NCBI GenBank assembly: GCA_002104945.1
Contig: MCFH01000022.1
Location: forward strand, 62,001-126,000
Direction of reading: 5' to 3'
Source of the DNA: Piromyces finnis finn
Taxonomy: Eukaryota > Fungi > Neocallimastigomycota
DNA length: 64,000 nucleotides
Shown: one piece after another, positions 1 to 11,353 of the stretch
How positions within the stretch are numbered: position 1 is the first letter of the stretch
Layout of the letters: every line of letters begins with the position of its first letter
Translations under genes and position numbers: made by a program
The notes under the pieces: model-generated
The model's database searches: none
The model's input: the letters and a program-made list of their open reading frames with translations, nothing else
What the model was told of the DNA's origin: nothing

Positions 1-210
1 CGGCTGATTTAATATAGCTGGTTTAATTATTGGTTTATTGAAATTCTTTTTGTTTGAGTCGCTGATTTGTTTATTTTTCTTTATAGCATTAATACTAAAT
101 TTATTGTATTTCTGTTCATTCTTATATTGGAATTCTAAGTTTTCTGTTTCTGTATTATTTGCAATTTTGTTATAGTCGGAAGATTGCTTACTCCCCATAA
201 CTAATTTAAA
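1..210 (-). CDS. N-terminus of retrotransposon pol (partial, runs off the left edge), in the -1 frame relative to gag
   Basis: Minus-strand frame TTT AAA TTA GTT ATG GGG AGT...NKPIIKPAILNQP is open from 210 to 1. It overlaps the gag end CAT TTA AAT TAG, which contains a slippery heptamer T TTA AAT (210-204). Confidence 0.6.
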
Positions 211-1043
211 TGTTGGATGTTTTCAGGACAATCATCAATGACATGACCTATACGTTTACAATTTAGGCAAACATTTATCTTGAGTTCTGCTAATTTTTGG
301 GTTATTTCTTTCATGTCGTTATTTTCTTCTTGATATTGTCTATAGTTTTTGTGCTTGTAATTATTATTCCATTGATTTTGATAAGTTTTATTTTCCTGTG
401 GATGTATCGAGTTAGAGTTCGGATTATATAGTTTTGTTGTTTTATTTGTACTGTTATAAACATTCTTTTGTGATTGTGATGGCCTTTGATCATTTTTATT
501 TTTATTCCGGTTGTCCTCTATTATATTATATAATCTTTCCTTTTTCGAAGTTATCTTCATTGCTTCTTCTAGAGTATTTGGCTCTTCTTCTAATAGTTTT
601 TCATATATTCTAGTCCAATTTCTAAAGGCATTAACGTAATATGAAGCTATTATCTCTTCTGGAATTGACGTAGATTTTGTGGCTTCGTTCAAAATATTCA
701 TAAATCTCAAATCAAAGTCGCATATCTTTTCTCCTTTTCTTATACTTAGAGAAGATAAATCCAATATCTTAGAGTTCTTTGCTGAACTTCTTTTAAAATA
801 GTTATTTAAATTATTTATTATTGTATTATACGAGTCAGGTGTACTCTTGTTTAATCCGTTTAACACGATAGTCCTAGCCTTTTGTTCTGTTAACGGTAGT
901 AAAAATTTTATTTTATCCTTTTCTTCTATGTCATTAGAAGTACATCAGTACTCAAATTCAAACTTCCAATCTACAAATTTGGTTTTTCCATTTCCCAAAA
1001 TTGGAAGTCTTGAAAAGGTTAACGTTTTTGTAGAAGTATCCAT
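201..1043 (-). pseudogene. LTR-retrotransposon gag with CCHC zinc knuckle, interrupted by one in-frame TGA
   Basis: CLNCKRIGHVIDDC fits CX2CX4HX4C. The frame extends upstream of the listed ORF to an ATG at 1043 (MDTSTKTLTFSRLP...) with a single TGA at 947-945. Confidence 0.75.
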
Positions 1044-1164
1044 TATTTTTGTATATCTTATCGAATTATTTATATAATAATAACTTATATTTTCTTAATA
1101 TTAATATTTTATGATACTTCTTACTGTATGTTAATAGTAATAATATTGTTATTCTTTTTACTAT

Positions 1165-1204
<40 letters not shown>

Positions 1205-1600
1205 TTATTTAAATTAATTGTATGAATGATAATTTGTTAAACTTATCCTAATTGAATATAGTAATTAATAATTGATACTGAAATCTTTATATATAATATT
1301 TGAGTGATATTTGAATATAATATTTTATAATATTTGAATGATGTTTGCATATAATTTTTCTAATATTTGAATATTATTTTGAATTATTTGAATATAATTT
1401 TTTTTATAATATTTGCATATTATTTTGAATTTTACTTTGAATATGATATATTAATAATATTTAAATGATATTTGAATAAGCTTTTTAAAACATAGGTTCT
1501 TAATCTTGTCTTTTGAGTATGTAATACCTATATATATAAATATAAATGTATAAATTTGTTAGTAAAAGAAAATTTTATATTACTCTTACCGGGTTAAAAT

Positions 1601-1613
1601 GGATTCTCCACCA
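1601..1613 (-). promoter_or_regulatory. tRNA-type primer-binding site (probably tRNA-Ala) of the left-edge element
   Basis: Minus strand reads ...TGTAACA A TGGTGGAGAATCC: an LTR-like CA end at 1615, 1 nt, then TGG (complement of CCA). The first 9 nt pair with the 3' end of the local tRNA-Ala (...TCTCCA plus CCA). Confidence 0.6.
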
Positions 1614-2277
1614 TTGTTACAATGTTATATATTTCTTATATAATAACTTATTATTATCTTAATTTAATAACTTGAAGTTATTAAAAGTGATAATAATTTG
1701 TAACAAAAAAAAAAAATAAATAATTTGTTTTATTAAAACACAAAATCTATAAAAAAAATATAATGTTTTATTAATAACTATTTTATTAGTTAAATTTTAT
1801 TAAAAAATAATGTGTTTATGATTATTAACTATACTAATAATAATGTTTAAATAAAGGAATTAAAAGATTATTTATATTTTTCTATTAATATAAACTTTAA
1901 TTTATCTTCTTTAATTATGTTTTGTTATAAACAAATATTTAATTATAAATATCTAATTATTAATTACATTATAGTTTATTTACATGTTAATAATATCGGA
2001 ATTTTAAAAATAATTATTTGTTTATTTATTTATTTTTTACTTAAATACTAATTAATTATAACTAAATTTAACTTTGTTTTGAATTATTATTTTAATATTT
2101 ATTAATTTATTTCTACATTTAATTTTATCTTATTTATTTATTTATTATAAATTTGTTTTTAAGTTTAATATTAAATTGTTAATTAGAACTTACTTATATA
2201 ATTTTATTTCTTCATTAATAATTATTGTTGTTTTTATAATCATTTAAGTTTGCCTTATATCAAAAATATCATAAGCT

Positions 2278-2349
2278 GGGGATATAACTCAGTGGTAGAG
2301 TGCTTGCTTTGCATGCAAGAAGCCTCGGGTTCGATCCCCGATATCTCCA
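2278..2349 (+). tRNA. tRNA-Ala(TGC), copy 1
   Basis: Acceptor stem GGGGATA/TATCTCC with G3:U70, anticodon loop TT-TGC-AT, T-loop GTTCGAT. Confidence 0.95.
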
Positions 2350-2713
2350 TTAACTGACATTTTTATACTTAGTATTAAAATATGAATATAAAATATATAA
2401 ATTTATTTTATTAAGTAAATGTGTGAATTATTAAGAGTTTAATTGGATTTAAGTTATTAAGTTTAAAAGTTAGGATATATTCTATTAATTATATAATAAA
2501 GTAATATTGTTAAATTTTAATAAGAAATAATTATTAAAAATTTTTATTGAATTATTTTATTTAATTTTTTTTTATTACATATAGATGATAATTACAAATT
2601 ATTTAAATATTAAATTTACTATAAAATGAATATTAAAAATCTCACAAAGAATTTTTAAAATTACTCTTTATTCCTCTTATTTATATTTTTATTTTTAATA
2701 TAATATTGATATT

Positions 2714-2942
<229 letters not shown>

Positions 2943-3567
2943 TCTTTTATAATTTAAAATATTTTATAAAGTAAACTATCATTAATATATTATTATTTTT
3001 TAACCACAAAATACATTTCTCCTATTTATTAAAATAATCGTAATAATGGCTATTGGAAAATGTCTACTGTTTCTTATTGCTAAATGGTTATGACCTTTCT
3101 GGTCTGTTATATTGAAATTTCAGCCTAAACGCTCCTTAATACATTTACATAATTAATAATTGTACTATATTCTTTATTTATATGATTTTGTCACATATGA
3201 TCCTGTAGACCATGCATATTAACCACCGCAATGTTCCATTTATTACGAGAAAGGAATGTTGCTTGCGTTTTTGGTTTGTTTATTTATGTCAACACACATT
3301 ATTAATCTTCTAATTTAAAATGTACCATGTATACTTGTCCATCTCAGGTAGGCAAGATTAGTGTCATTATTATGATAATAAATTAGAATTCTCGATCTTA
3401 ACAATATAACCTAACATATCACAAAACCTAGGGGTGCATATTCGAACTAGTGGCAAAATATTATTATATTAATATTTAATCAATTAATAGTTTCAAAATT
3501 ACTATATTTCATTTATATTTAAGAAAAAATGTACAAAAAAATAATTAACAAGTTTTTTTAAAATTAA

Positions 3568-3639
3568 TGCCTATTGACGGAATTGAACCACCGACCTTCG
3601 CTTTACAAGAGCGACGCTCTACCACTAAGCCAAACAGGC
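3568..3639 (-). tRNA. tRNA-Thr(TGT), copy 1
   Basis: Reverse complement GCCTGTT...AATAGGC-A; anticodon arm TCGCT CT-TGT-AA AGCGA; T-loop GTTCAAT. Confidence 0.93.
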
Positions 3640-3647
3640 ATTACATT

Positions 3648-3718
3648 TGCGTTAACGGGGAATCGAACCCGGGCCATTTGCTTGGAAGGCAAATATTCTA
3701 CCTCTATACTATTAACGC
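3648..3718 (-). tRNA. tRNA-Gly(TCC), copy 1 (one T-stem C:C mismatch)
   Basis: GCGTTAA...TTAACGC-A; anticodon arm TTTGC CT-TCC-AA GCAAA. T-stem is CCGGG/CCCCG here but CCGGG/CCCGG in copy 2. Confidence 0.88.
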
Positions 3719-4873
3719 TTTATGCATTGATTTGTGTTAAGGAATGAACATAAATAGTTGAATTAGCTAGAATTTTAGGATTTAACCTTCAACTATTTAT
3801 ATTCCTTACTAGTGTTTAACTCTATTTTTAAAATATAAAAATTATAATATATAATTTTTATACATTTTTCTAGTAATTATTAATATTTTTATTATATAGT
3901 TATATTATTTGTATATAGTTATTTAAGACCTTTATTATTAGTATTAGTATAATTACTTATAATATTTTATACTTATAAAATTTTACAAAATTTTATTATT
4001 AAAATAGTTATAGGTATTTTATTATTATTTAAGGTTTATTTTATTAATTAACTTTATTGTATAATATTTTATAATTTGAAATTATGACATAGAATTTAAT
4101 TATAATTTTTACTAAAAGAGGCAACTGTTACACACAAAACAGAAGATACCTCGACAGAAAAATTATTATTTATGTCTAAAAAAGGGCATAATTAATTGAA
4201 TAATATAATTTTATTATATGTCATAATTAAATATATAATATATGATATGCAAAAATGTTACACATATCATAAATTAAAAATTTATTAATTATAAATTAAA
4301 AATTTTTCTATTCAAATATTAAGAGATTATTCATAATATATATTAAGGATTTAATTAATATATGTTACAGTGAATGATCCATATATTATGAATGAAATCA
4401 ATTTAAATCCTTAGCTATCCAAAACCATTAAATTTCAAATAATGGATAGTTGGAAAAAGTACGAGGATTTTTGAGAAAAATTTTAAAAATTGAAAAATCA
4501 AAAATAAATTAAATGAATAAAAATTAAAATTAAATAAATTTTTATTTTTATAACTATTCAAGTGTTTTGTGATATCTTATTTGAACCGTAGCATTTGTAA
4601 TACGCTACTCATATAAAAACATAATAAAAACTAACTGAATATACACGACTTAACCCATAGTAACTTATATGTAATAATTATATTATATTTATTATATAAT
4701 AATAATTATTAGCTTTAAATTAATAATATAAACTATTATTAAAATGTGAAAATAAAGGTAAAATTAGAAACTTAACTTAATGAGTTTATTATAAGAAATT
4801 ATAATAAACAAAACCAAATGTATCAGAATTATTTTGTGTATTTAATAGTTTTTTTAATATTTATTTTATTACT

Positions 4874-4921
4874 TATTATTATAAGATTAATTATAATAAA
4901 TAACTTTATACAAAATAATAA
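4874..4921 (+). repeat. 48-bp perfect direct repeat, left copy
   Basis: TATTATTATAAGATTAATTATAATAAATAACTTTATACAAAATAATAA, identical to 17678-17725. Confidence 0.92.
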
Positions 4922-5256
4922 ATTTTTTTGAATCATTTGATAAAATTAAAAATCATTTTATTGATATAAATTGATAGATAATAATTATAATAAAAATAAT
5001 TATCTAATATTAAATAATTATATTAAAAATATTATTTATAATTTATTATAATATAAATAATTATTTAACTTATGTATATTATACATTAATATATATTAAT
5101 AATTATTATATGTATATATATAAATATGTATATATGCATTTTAAATAATAATATATTTATATAATAAAAAATAATTTTATCTGAAATTAAAATTTATAAA
5201 TTGATTTTTTAATATAATTAATAATTATATTTAAACGTTTCTATTTAATTAACAAA

Positions 5257-7422
5257 ATGGTAACGTATCTAAATTTTGATTTATATAGTAACGAAGAAAT
5301 AGAAAAATTAGCTATTTTAATTTCAAACAAAAATGAATTAACAGATAATACTACTGCTTATATATTGGATCCCCAATTACCGTGTAAACAATGTAAAAAG
5401 ATTATTGAATGTCCTGGTCATTTAGGAAGAATTTCAATATATCAATATATTGTACATCCATTATTCACAAATGCATTATGTAAGGAACTTTGTCATCTAT
5501 GTCTTACCTGTAAAAAATATAATAATATAATTAAAAATGAATTAGATTGTTGTAATTCATCAGTTAAAAATATTACTTTTTCATTACACAAATTTAATAC
5601 AAATAATAATTATCCAAATGATAGTATGAATAAATACATAAATAAAAGAAATGAAAATAAATTCCAATCAGAATATGCATTTTTCTTTGGAAATCAACGG
5701 ATAAGTGTTATGAAAATGTATGAATTAATTCGTACTTCTGATTTCAGTAATAATCAGGAAATAAAAAATAAATTATTAAATGTATTTATTAAAAACATAC
5801 CGGTATTACCAATAAATATGAGACCGTCCATCATGGATTCTAATAACATTATAATTCATAATAATATAACATCCATGTATATACGATTATTAGAGTTAAA
5901 TCATTTATGTAAAGGTAATGTCAGTAATGGATATGCATTAAAGGTATATAATTTATATAAAAAAATTCTTGGAATTCAGAGTTCCACTGAAGCTACTACC
6001 GAAAGTTCGGATAAAAGTTTCATTAAACAATTATTATCAGGAAAGACAGGAATATTTAGAAGTATGTGTTTAGCTAAAAGACAAAACTTTTGTCTTCGCA
6101 GTGTTATTGTACCAAATATAAATATACCTTTGGATAAAGTATTGATATCAAAAGAATTTACAGATCAATTAATTCCTTATGGATATAAACCTAATGACTA
6201 TGTAATTATTAATAGACAGCCTACACTCCAAACTACTTCTATACTTTCCATTCGATCATTTCCTAGTAGTAGCCGAACCATTCAAATCAATCCATTAATA
6301 GCTAATGTTTTCCAAGCTGATTTTGATGGTGATGAAATGAATATTTTTTGGCTTCCAGGTGAAGAGTCTAAAAAGGAGTTAGCAAGTAAATTAAATATTA
6401 AAAATAATTTTCGTTCATTTAAGGATGGTTCACTTATGATTAAATTTATTCAAGATACTTTAACTGGTTTATACAATATGACAAGAGATGAACATATTGT
6501 TGAATCTCATGTTCTCGAAAATATATGTAAAAAATTGAAAATATCAAAGAAAAAATGGAATTCATTTTGTAAATATTACAAGTCTCGAATGAATACCGAT
6601 AAAATACCATATAAGTACTTACTTTCATTGTTACTTCCGAAATCACTAACTTTAAAAATGGGTGACGAATATTTAGTAGATCATGGCATTTTACTTCATA
6701 CTATCAATGGTGCTAATCAAACAGAATTGTTAAATTCCATTTCTCATTATGGTAACGATTTTTATTTAAAGTTTATGTGGGATGTACAACGTATGGTTCA
6801 TGAATATAACTTATTTCATATCATAAGTATTTCCATTTCAGATTGTATACCAGATACTGAACTTGAATACAAATTTAATTGCATTTTGGAAAAGATTCCC
6901 GATACTTTATCAACAATAACCTTGTCAAATATAGATTCGTATATCTTAACTTCGGGTAAGCACATTGATGGTAAATTAAAAGAATTATGTTTAAATAGTC
7001 ATTATGTATTAGTAAAATTAGCAGAAGCACTTGATAATAATTTAACTAATATTATCAATAGTGGATCAAAAGGATCAGGTGATAATCTTATTCAAATTTT
7101 AACATCGTTAGGAACTCAGGCTATATTACAAGAATGTTTTATTAAAAGAGGATATTCAGAAGGACTTACAGCCAAAGAATTATTTATCCATTCTAAATCA
7201 GGTCGTGCAGGTATTATTTCCACTTCACTTAATACTTCCTCTACAGGTTATTTACAAAGAGAGCTTGTCAAAAGCATGGAAGATATTGTAACCGATAAAG
7301 ATTTTATTGTTCGTGATTATAATAATAATGAAATCTATTATTATCCATTTTCATCAAATACTATTGATATAGATGATTCATTCTTAGAATACACTTATTC
7401 GATGTCAATCATTAATAAATAA
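5257..7422 (+). CDS. Divergent, intronless RNA polymerase largest subunit (RPB1/beta-prime type), N-terminal part ending just after the bridge helix; probably from a large DNA virus
   Basis: Clamp Zn motif CKQC...CPGHLGRI, SGKTGIFR...KRQNFCLRSVI, INRQPTL, catalytic QADFDGDEMN, SGSKGS, bridge helix TSSTGYLQRELVKSMED. 721 aa; no trigger-loop/jaw region and no CTD. Confidence 0.88.
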   Translation: MVTYLNFDLYSNEEIEKLAILISNKNELTDNTTAYILDPQLPCKQCKKIIECPGHLGRISIYQYIVHPLFTNALCKELCHLCLTCKKYNNIIKNELDCCNSSVKNITFSLHKFNTNNNYPNDSMNKYINKRNENKFQSEYAFFFGNQRISVMKMYELIRTSDFSNNQEIKNKLLNVFIKNIPVLPINMRPSIMDSNNIIIHNNITSMYIRLLELNHLCKGNVSNGYALKVYNLYKKILGIQSSTEATTESSDKSFIKQLLSGKTGIFRSMCLAKRQNFCLRSVIVPNINIPLDKVLISKEFTDQLIPYGYKPNDYVIINRQPTLQTTSILSIRSFPSSSRTIQINPLIANVFQADFDGDEMNIFWLPGEESKKELASKLNIKNNFRSFKDGSLMIKFIQDTLTGLYNMTRDEHIVESHVLENICKKLKISKKKWNSFCKYYKSRMNTDKIPYKYLLSLLLPKSLTLKMGDEYLVDHGILLHTINGANQTELLNSISHYGNDFYLKFMWDVQRMVHEYNLFHIISISISDCIPDTELEYKFNCILEKIPDTLSTITLSNIDSYILTSGKHIDGKLKELCLNSHYVLVKLAEALDNNLTNIINSGSKGSGDNLIQILTSLGTQAILQECFIKRGYSEGLTAKELFIHSKSGRAGIISTSLNTSSTGYLQRELVKSMEDIVTDKDFIVRDYNNNEIYYYPFSSNTIDIDDSFLEYTYSMSIINK

Positions 7423-7707
7423 ATATTGATAAAATATTAATATTTATAACCATAAAACTATATTAAAATAATAGTAAATATATTATATTATATATATATA
7501 TATATATTATATATTATGTATATATTATTTATAATTGGTATTTAAATTTTTTTAATAATATCAAATATTATAAACTTTATTATTAATTTAATTAAAATTA
7601 TAGGTATTTAAATCAATATTTATTTTATTAAATTGAATTTATAATCAAATCTTTTATATATATATAATATTAAAAAGAAATTATTTAAACATATTCAATA
7701 ATATATT

Positions 7708-7873
7708 ATTTATATATATTACATTTATTTATATATATTACATTTATTTATATATATATATTACATTTATTTATATATATATTACATTTATTTATATATA
7801 TTACATTTATTTATATATATATATTACATTTATTTATATATATATTACATTTATTTATATATATTACATTTAT
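7708..7873. repeat. Minisatellite: 8 copies of TTACATTTAT separated by variable (TA)n
   Basis: Counted directly; units are about 19-23 bp. Confidence 0.9.
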
Positions 7874-8270
7874 AATATTAATTTATAATATTATATATAA
7901 TTTTTAATGTAATAGTAATAAATTATTTTATTAAATACTTATTTAATTAAAATTTTAATAAAGTTTTTTTAATAATTCAAAGATATTAAAATAGATTATT
8001 TATACATTATGAAATTAATTATACATTACTAGTAATATATATATATATATATTATTATACATATACATATATTCTATATTATATATGTATATATATATAT
8101 ATTCTATATTATATATGTATATATAAATATATAGAATATTATACATATTACAATTACTTTTAATATAAATAACGAAATTTTTAAAAATAATTATTTAAAT
8201 AATAACTAAATAAATATAAAATTTAAAAAAATAATTTTATGCATCTATGATAATATTAATATCTTATTAA

Positions 8271-10499
8271 CTAAAAAAACATATAAATAGAATTATTTTT
8301 GAAAGATGAATAGATAGATCCATCTAAATTTCTTTTTAATAATAAATAAGGTTTATTAAGAATAGTTGATTTTAATATTTCTATGGATGCTTTACATGGA
8401 TAATAATCTTCATTATTCCATACACCATAGATAATAACTTTTTTATTGTTTTCATTTATAATACTATAATGATATGCAGTTATATTTTTAATATTCTTAC
8501 ATAAAAAAGAAAATGATGGTAGTGTATTATATAATTCATCATTATCTTTCATTATTGGTATTGTTGGTATTATTTCTGAATAAATCGATCTCCATAAATA
8601 TACCTTTTCATCTGAAAATTCCTTTTCTGTTATTAAAACTGTTTTATTATCTGAAACATATTGTTTAATGTATTTAGTTAATATAGCATTATCTATAATT
8701 GAAATTGAATTTTTTTTATACATAGAAAAAATAGCTTGTACAAAATCATCATTAAAATTGAACAAATTCTTATCTGAACTTAGTACATATTCATACCTAT
8801 AATTAGGAAGTACAAATAATTTACATGTGTTTAACATTATTATTAAAAAGGGAAAAGAAGAATTACAATTGTATACATAATCAAAAACACAATATGGATA
8901 TATATTCATATTATTATCTACTGAAAAAGATAGTATATTAATATCATTGTAATTATAATTTTCATTTATCAGTTTTAATTGCTTATTCTTAAACTTTTCT
9001 TTTATACAATTTATTAATTCGTGTTGACTAGGAATATTAATGTATTTATTACAATTAGAACATATTATAAATTTATTATTTATTTCTGGAATATCAAAAT
9101 ATTGTCTATATAAATCTTGTAATTTGTAACCATAAGAAATAAATAAATTGGAAGGAAATTTTCCTTTACAATGTTTGTCTAGTTTATAAGTAATATTAAA
9201 ATAAATAGATGATTCTTTTTCTTTGTACTTTCTTATCACTTTAACACATTTAGGAACAACATCTAATTCTAATACTGAATCAAATAATAACTTTTTATCA
9301 TGAAACGCAAAATTATTATCAGTAGAATTTTTATTTGTTGAAAGAACAATTTTATATCTTGAATTTTCTGGTGATCTATAATAATTATTATTCCACTGTA
9401 CATATGGTATATTATTCTTAATACATTCTTCTTTATCAGCGATTACTGGTAATACCTTATCCTTATTATTAAAATATCTAGTATAATATTTTCCAAATAA
9501 TCGATTATAATTTATTTTTAATGGAATATTTATTACTTTATTTCTTTTATAATAACTTACATGAAAATCAATGTATAATAAATAAAGATATTTTAACATT
9601 ATTTTAACCGTCATATACATATACCATTCTAATTCTTGAAATTGAATAATTTCTGTAAATTGTTTATACTTGTTATAAAGTTTCATATTCAATGACTGAT
9701 TAAAGATATTTATTGTATATACCAATTTTTCATTATTTTTTATTATATCTTCATTTTCATCGGTATATATATAGGGATATAAAGAATATTCATATAACAT
9801 CAAATCAAATAATTGGAAATTTATATTTATTGGGTATGTAAAAGAAACAATACTTGGTTTGAATCTAATTAGTAATTGATTACTTGAATAATTTAAACAT
9901 GGTAATAATTTACAAATAATATTATCATAAGTATCTCTTTTATAAAATATTATTTTATTTCCAGTGATTCTTATACTATCATGACAACATTTAATAATTA
10001 TGAAATTATCTGAATCTTTAATATCCTTACTCTTATCTTCTGCAATTAACACTTGATTATATTGATATGTTTCAGTATATCTTTTATTAAAGTAATGATA
10101 ATAATTTATTCCTTTGATAAAAGCAGTTACATATTGACAAGTACTTGGTAATTTTAACTTTATTATTTTATTATAAATATCTTTAAGTGTATATGAAGGT
10201 ATATTTATAGATATATAAAAATTTGTTTTAGTTATATCTTTCAAATCAAAATTATATTTAAATATCTTTTCATTACATAATTTTTCCAATGAATTAATAA
10301 GTAAAAAATTATTCAGATTATCATTTATATTATTATTGCTATAGTTAATAGTATATTGATCTTTAGTAAGATTATTACAATGAATGATACTTATTCCTTC
10401 AAAGAATGAAAAATATTCATTATTAATTATTATTTTATGTTCATTAGATAAATATTTTTCATTTTGTAATAAATTACGAATTAAATTAATAATTTCCAT
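8271..10499 (-). CDS. 742-aa intronless protein of unknown function; weak resemblance to the NCLDV/poxvirus early transcription factor large subunit
   Basis: A long uninterrupted ORF in very AT-rich DNA argues that it is coding. The product resemblance is by eye only (YTRY..LPVI..YYRSP..VVPKC..GKFPSNL). Confidence 0.6.
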   Translation of the reverse strand: MEIINLIRNLLQNEKYLSNEHKIIINNEYFSFFEGISIIHCNNLTKDQYTINYSNNNINDNLNNFLLINSLEKLCNEKIFKYNFDLKDITKTNFYISINIPSYTLKDIYNKIIKLKLPSTCQYVTAFIKGINYYHYFNKRYTETYQYNQVLIAEDKSKDIKDSDNFIIIKCCHDSIRITGNKIIFYKRDTYDNIICKLLPCLNYSSNQLLIRFKPSIVSFTYPININFQLFDLMLYEYSLYPYIYTDENEDIIKNNEKLVYTINIFNQSLNMKLYNKYKQFTEIIQFQELEWYMYMTVKIMLKYLYLLYIDFHVSYYKRNKVINIPLKINYNRLFGKYYTRYFNNKDKVLPVIADKEECIKNNIPYVQWNNNYYRSPENSRYKIVLSTNKNSTDNNFAFHDKKLLFDSVLELDVVPKCVKVIRKYKEKESSIYFNITYKLDKHCKGKFPSNLFISYGYKLQDLYRQYFDIPEINNKFIICSNCNKYINIPSQHELINCIKEKFKNKQLKLINENYNYNDINILSFSVDNNMNIYPYCVFDYVYNCNSSFPFLIIMLNTCKLFVLPNYRYEYVLSSDKNLFNFNDDFVQAIFSMYKKNSISIIDNAILTKYIKQYVSDNKTVLITEKEFSDEKVYLWRSIYSEIIPTIPIMKDNDELYNTLPSFSFLCKNIKNITAYHYSIINENNKKVIIYGVWNNEDYYPCKASIEILKSTILNKPYLLLKRNLDGSIYSSFKNNSIYMFF

Positions 10500-10672
10500 T
10501 AATTATTAATTAACCATACGGTTAATATCGTTTTATTTAAAACTTAAAATAAAATATTTAAAATTAGAATACAATTCTGAGTTTAAATTGTAGTTAGTTT
10601 TTTACTATTTTTAACTTTAGATATAATATTTTATATCGTTATTTAAAATTCACATTATTTCTATTCTAAATA

Positions 10673-11353
10673 CTACATCTTGTTTCTTTTACGATTTTTA
10701 AATGCTATACAACAGCAACACATACAACTTATTATAATACCAATAATAATAATAATACTAATATAAACTACTAAATATCCTAACCCTTCACCTTCATAAG
10801 GACCATTAACATATAGCTGTGAACATTTACCATCACTACACAATTGAGATGAACATTCTAAATTCGACTTACAAGATTCTTTATAGCCTTTACCACAATA
10901 CATATATCCACTATTACTTTTAAACAATCTTGTACGACTATAAATAACATCACAATGGCTTATTTCTGTATTATTAGTGATTGTGCATATTCCAGTTGCA
11001 CGTCCGTATTGTTTAGATAAATCAGTCATGATAAAACATTCATTATATAAACACTCTGAATCTTTATTACAATATCTATGAACTATACAATTATTACTTT
11101 CTATATCAGATCTAGAACACATATTTATAATATATTCAATCTCATTTCCATTTATATCTGGAATATTAATATAACCTTGACCTAGGTCATATTGCATACA
11201 AATGTCGTTTTTACAAAAAAAAGTAAGATAATATTTATTACGAATCTTCAAAACTTCATTTTTACTAATTGGTCCTATCATTTGATATCCATAAATCATA
11301 CAAGTCATTTCAATACATAATATTAAATAAAATATATTATTTAAAATTATCAT
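10673..11353 (-). CDS. Cys-rich single-pass membrane protein (Dickkopf-N-like Cys pattern)
   Basis: Hydrophobic N-terminus, about 14 ectodomain Cys (C..D.EC....C; CGK...E.C..N.EC.S..C..GKC), C-terminal TM helix followed by CCCC and a basic tail. Confidence 0.7.
   Translation of the reverse strand: MIILNNIFYLILCIEMTCMIYGYQMIGPISKNEVLKIRNKYYLTFFCKNDICMQYDLGQGYINIPDINGNEIEYIINMCSRSDIESNNCIVHRYCNKDSECLYNECFIMTDLSKQYGRATGICTITNNTEISHCDVIYSRTRLFKSNSGYMYCGKGYKESCKSNLECSSQLCSDGKCSQLYVNGPYEGEGLGYLVVYISIIIIIGIIISCMCCCCIAFKNRKRNKM

Noticed and set aside
3735-4660. Possible LTR fragments (TGTTAAGG 16 bp upstream of tRNA-Gly; purine tract plus TGTTACAC at 4126)
   Set aside because: No matching TSD or second copy, so boundaries cannot be supported.
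5170-5256. Virus or linear-plasmid promoter motifs (AAATTGA, ATCTGA) upstream of the RPB1-like gene
   Set aside because: Too short to be significant in such AT-rich DNA and not seen consistently before the other cassette genes.
5257-7422. Ordinary host RPB1/RPA1/RPC1 gene
   Set aside because: About half the expected length, intronless, highly divergent, no CTD, and inside an inserted cassette. A phylogeny is still needed to exclude this formally.
7418-7520. AT palindromes after the RPB1-like stop codon as giant-virus hairpin terminators
   Set aside because: Expected by chance at this base composition.
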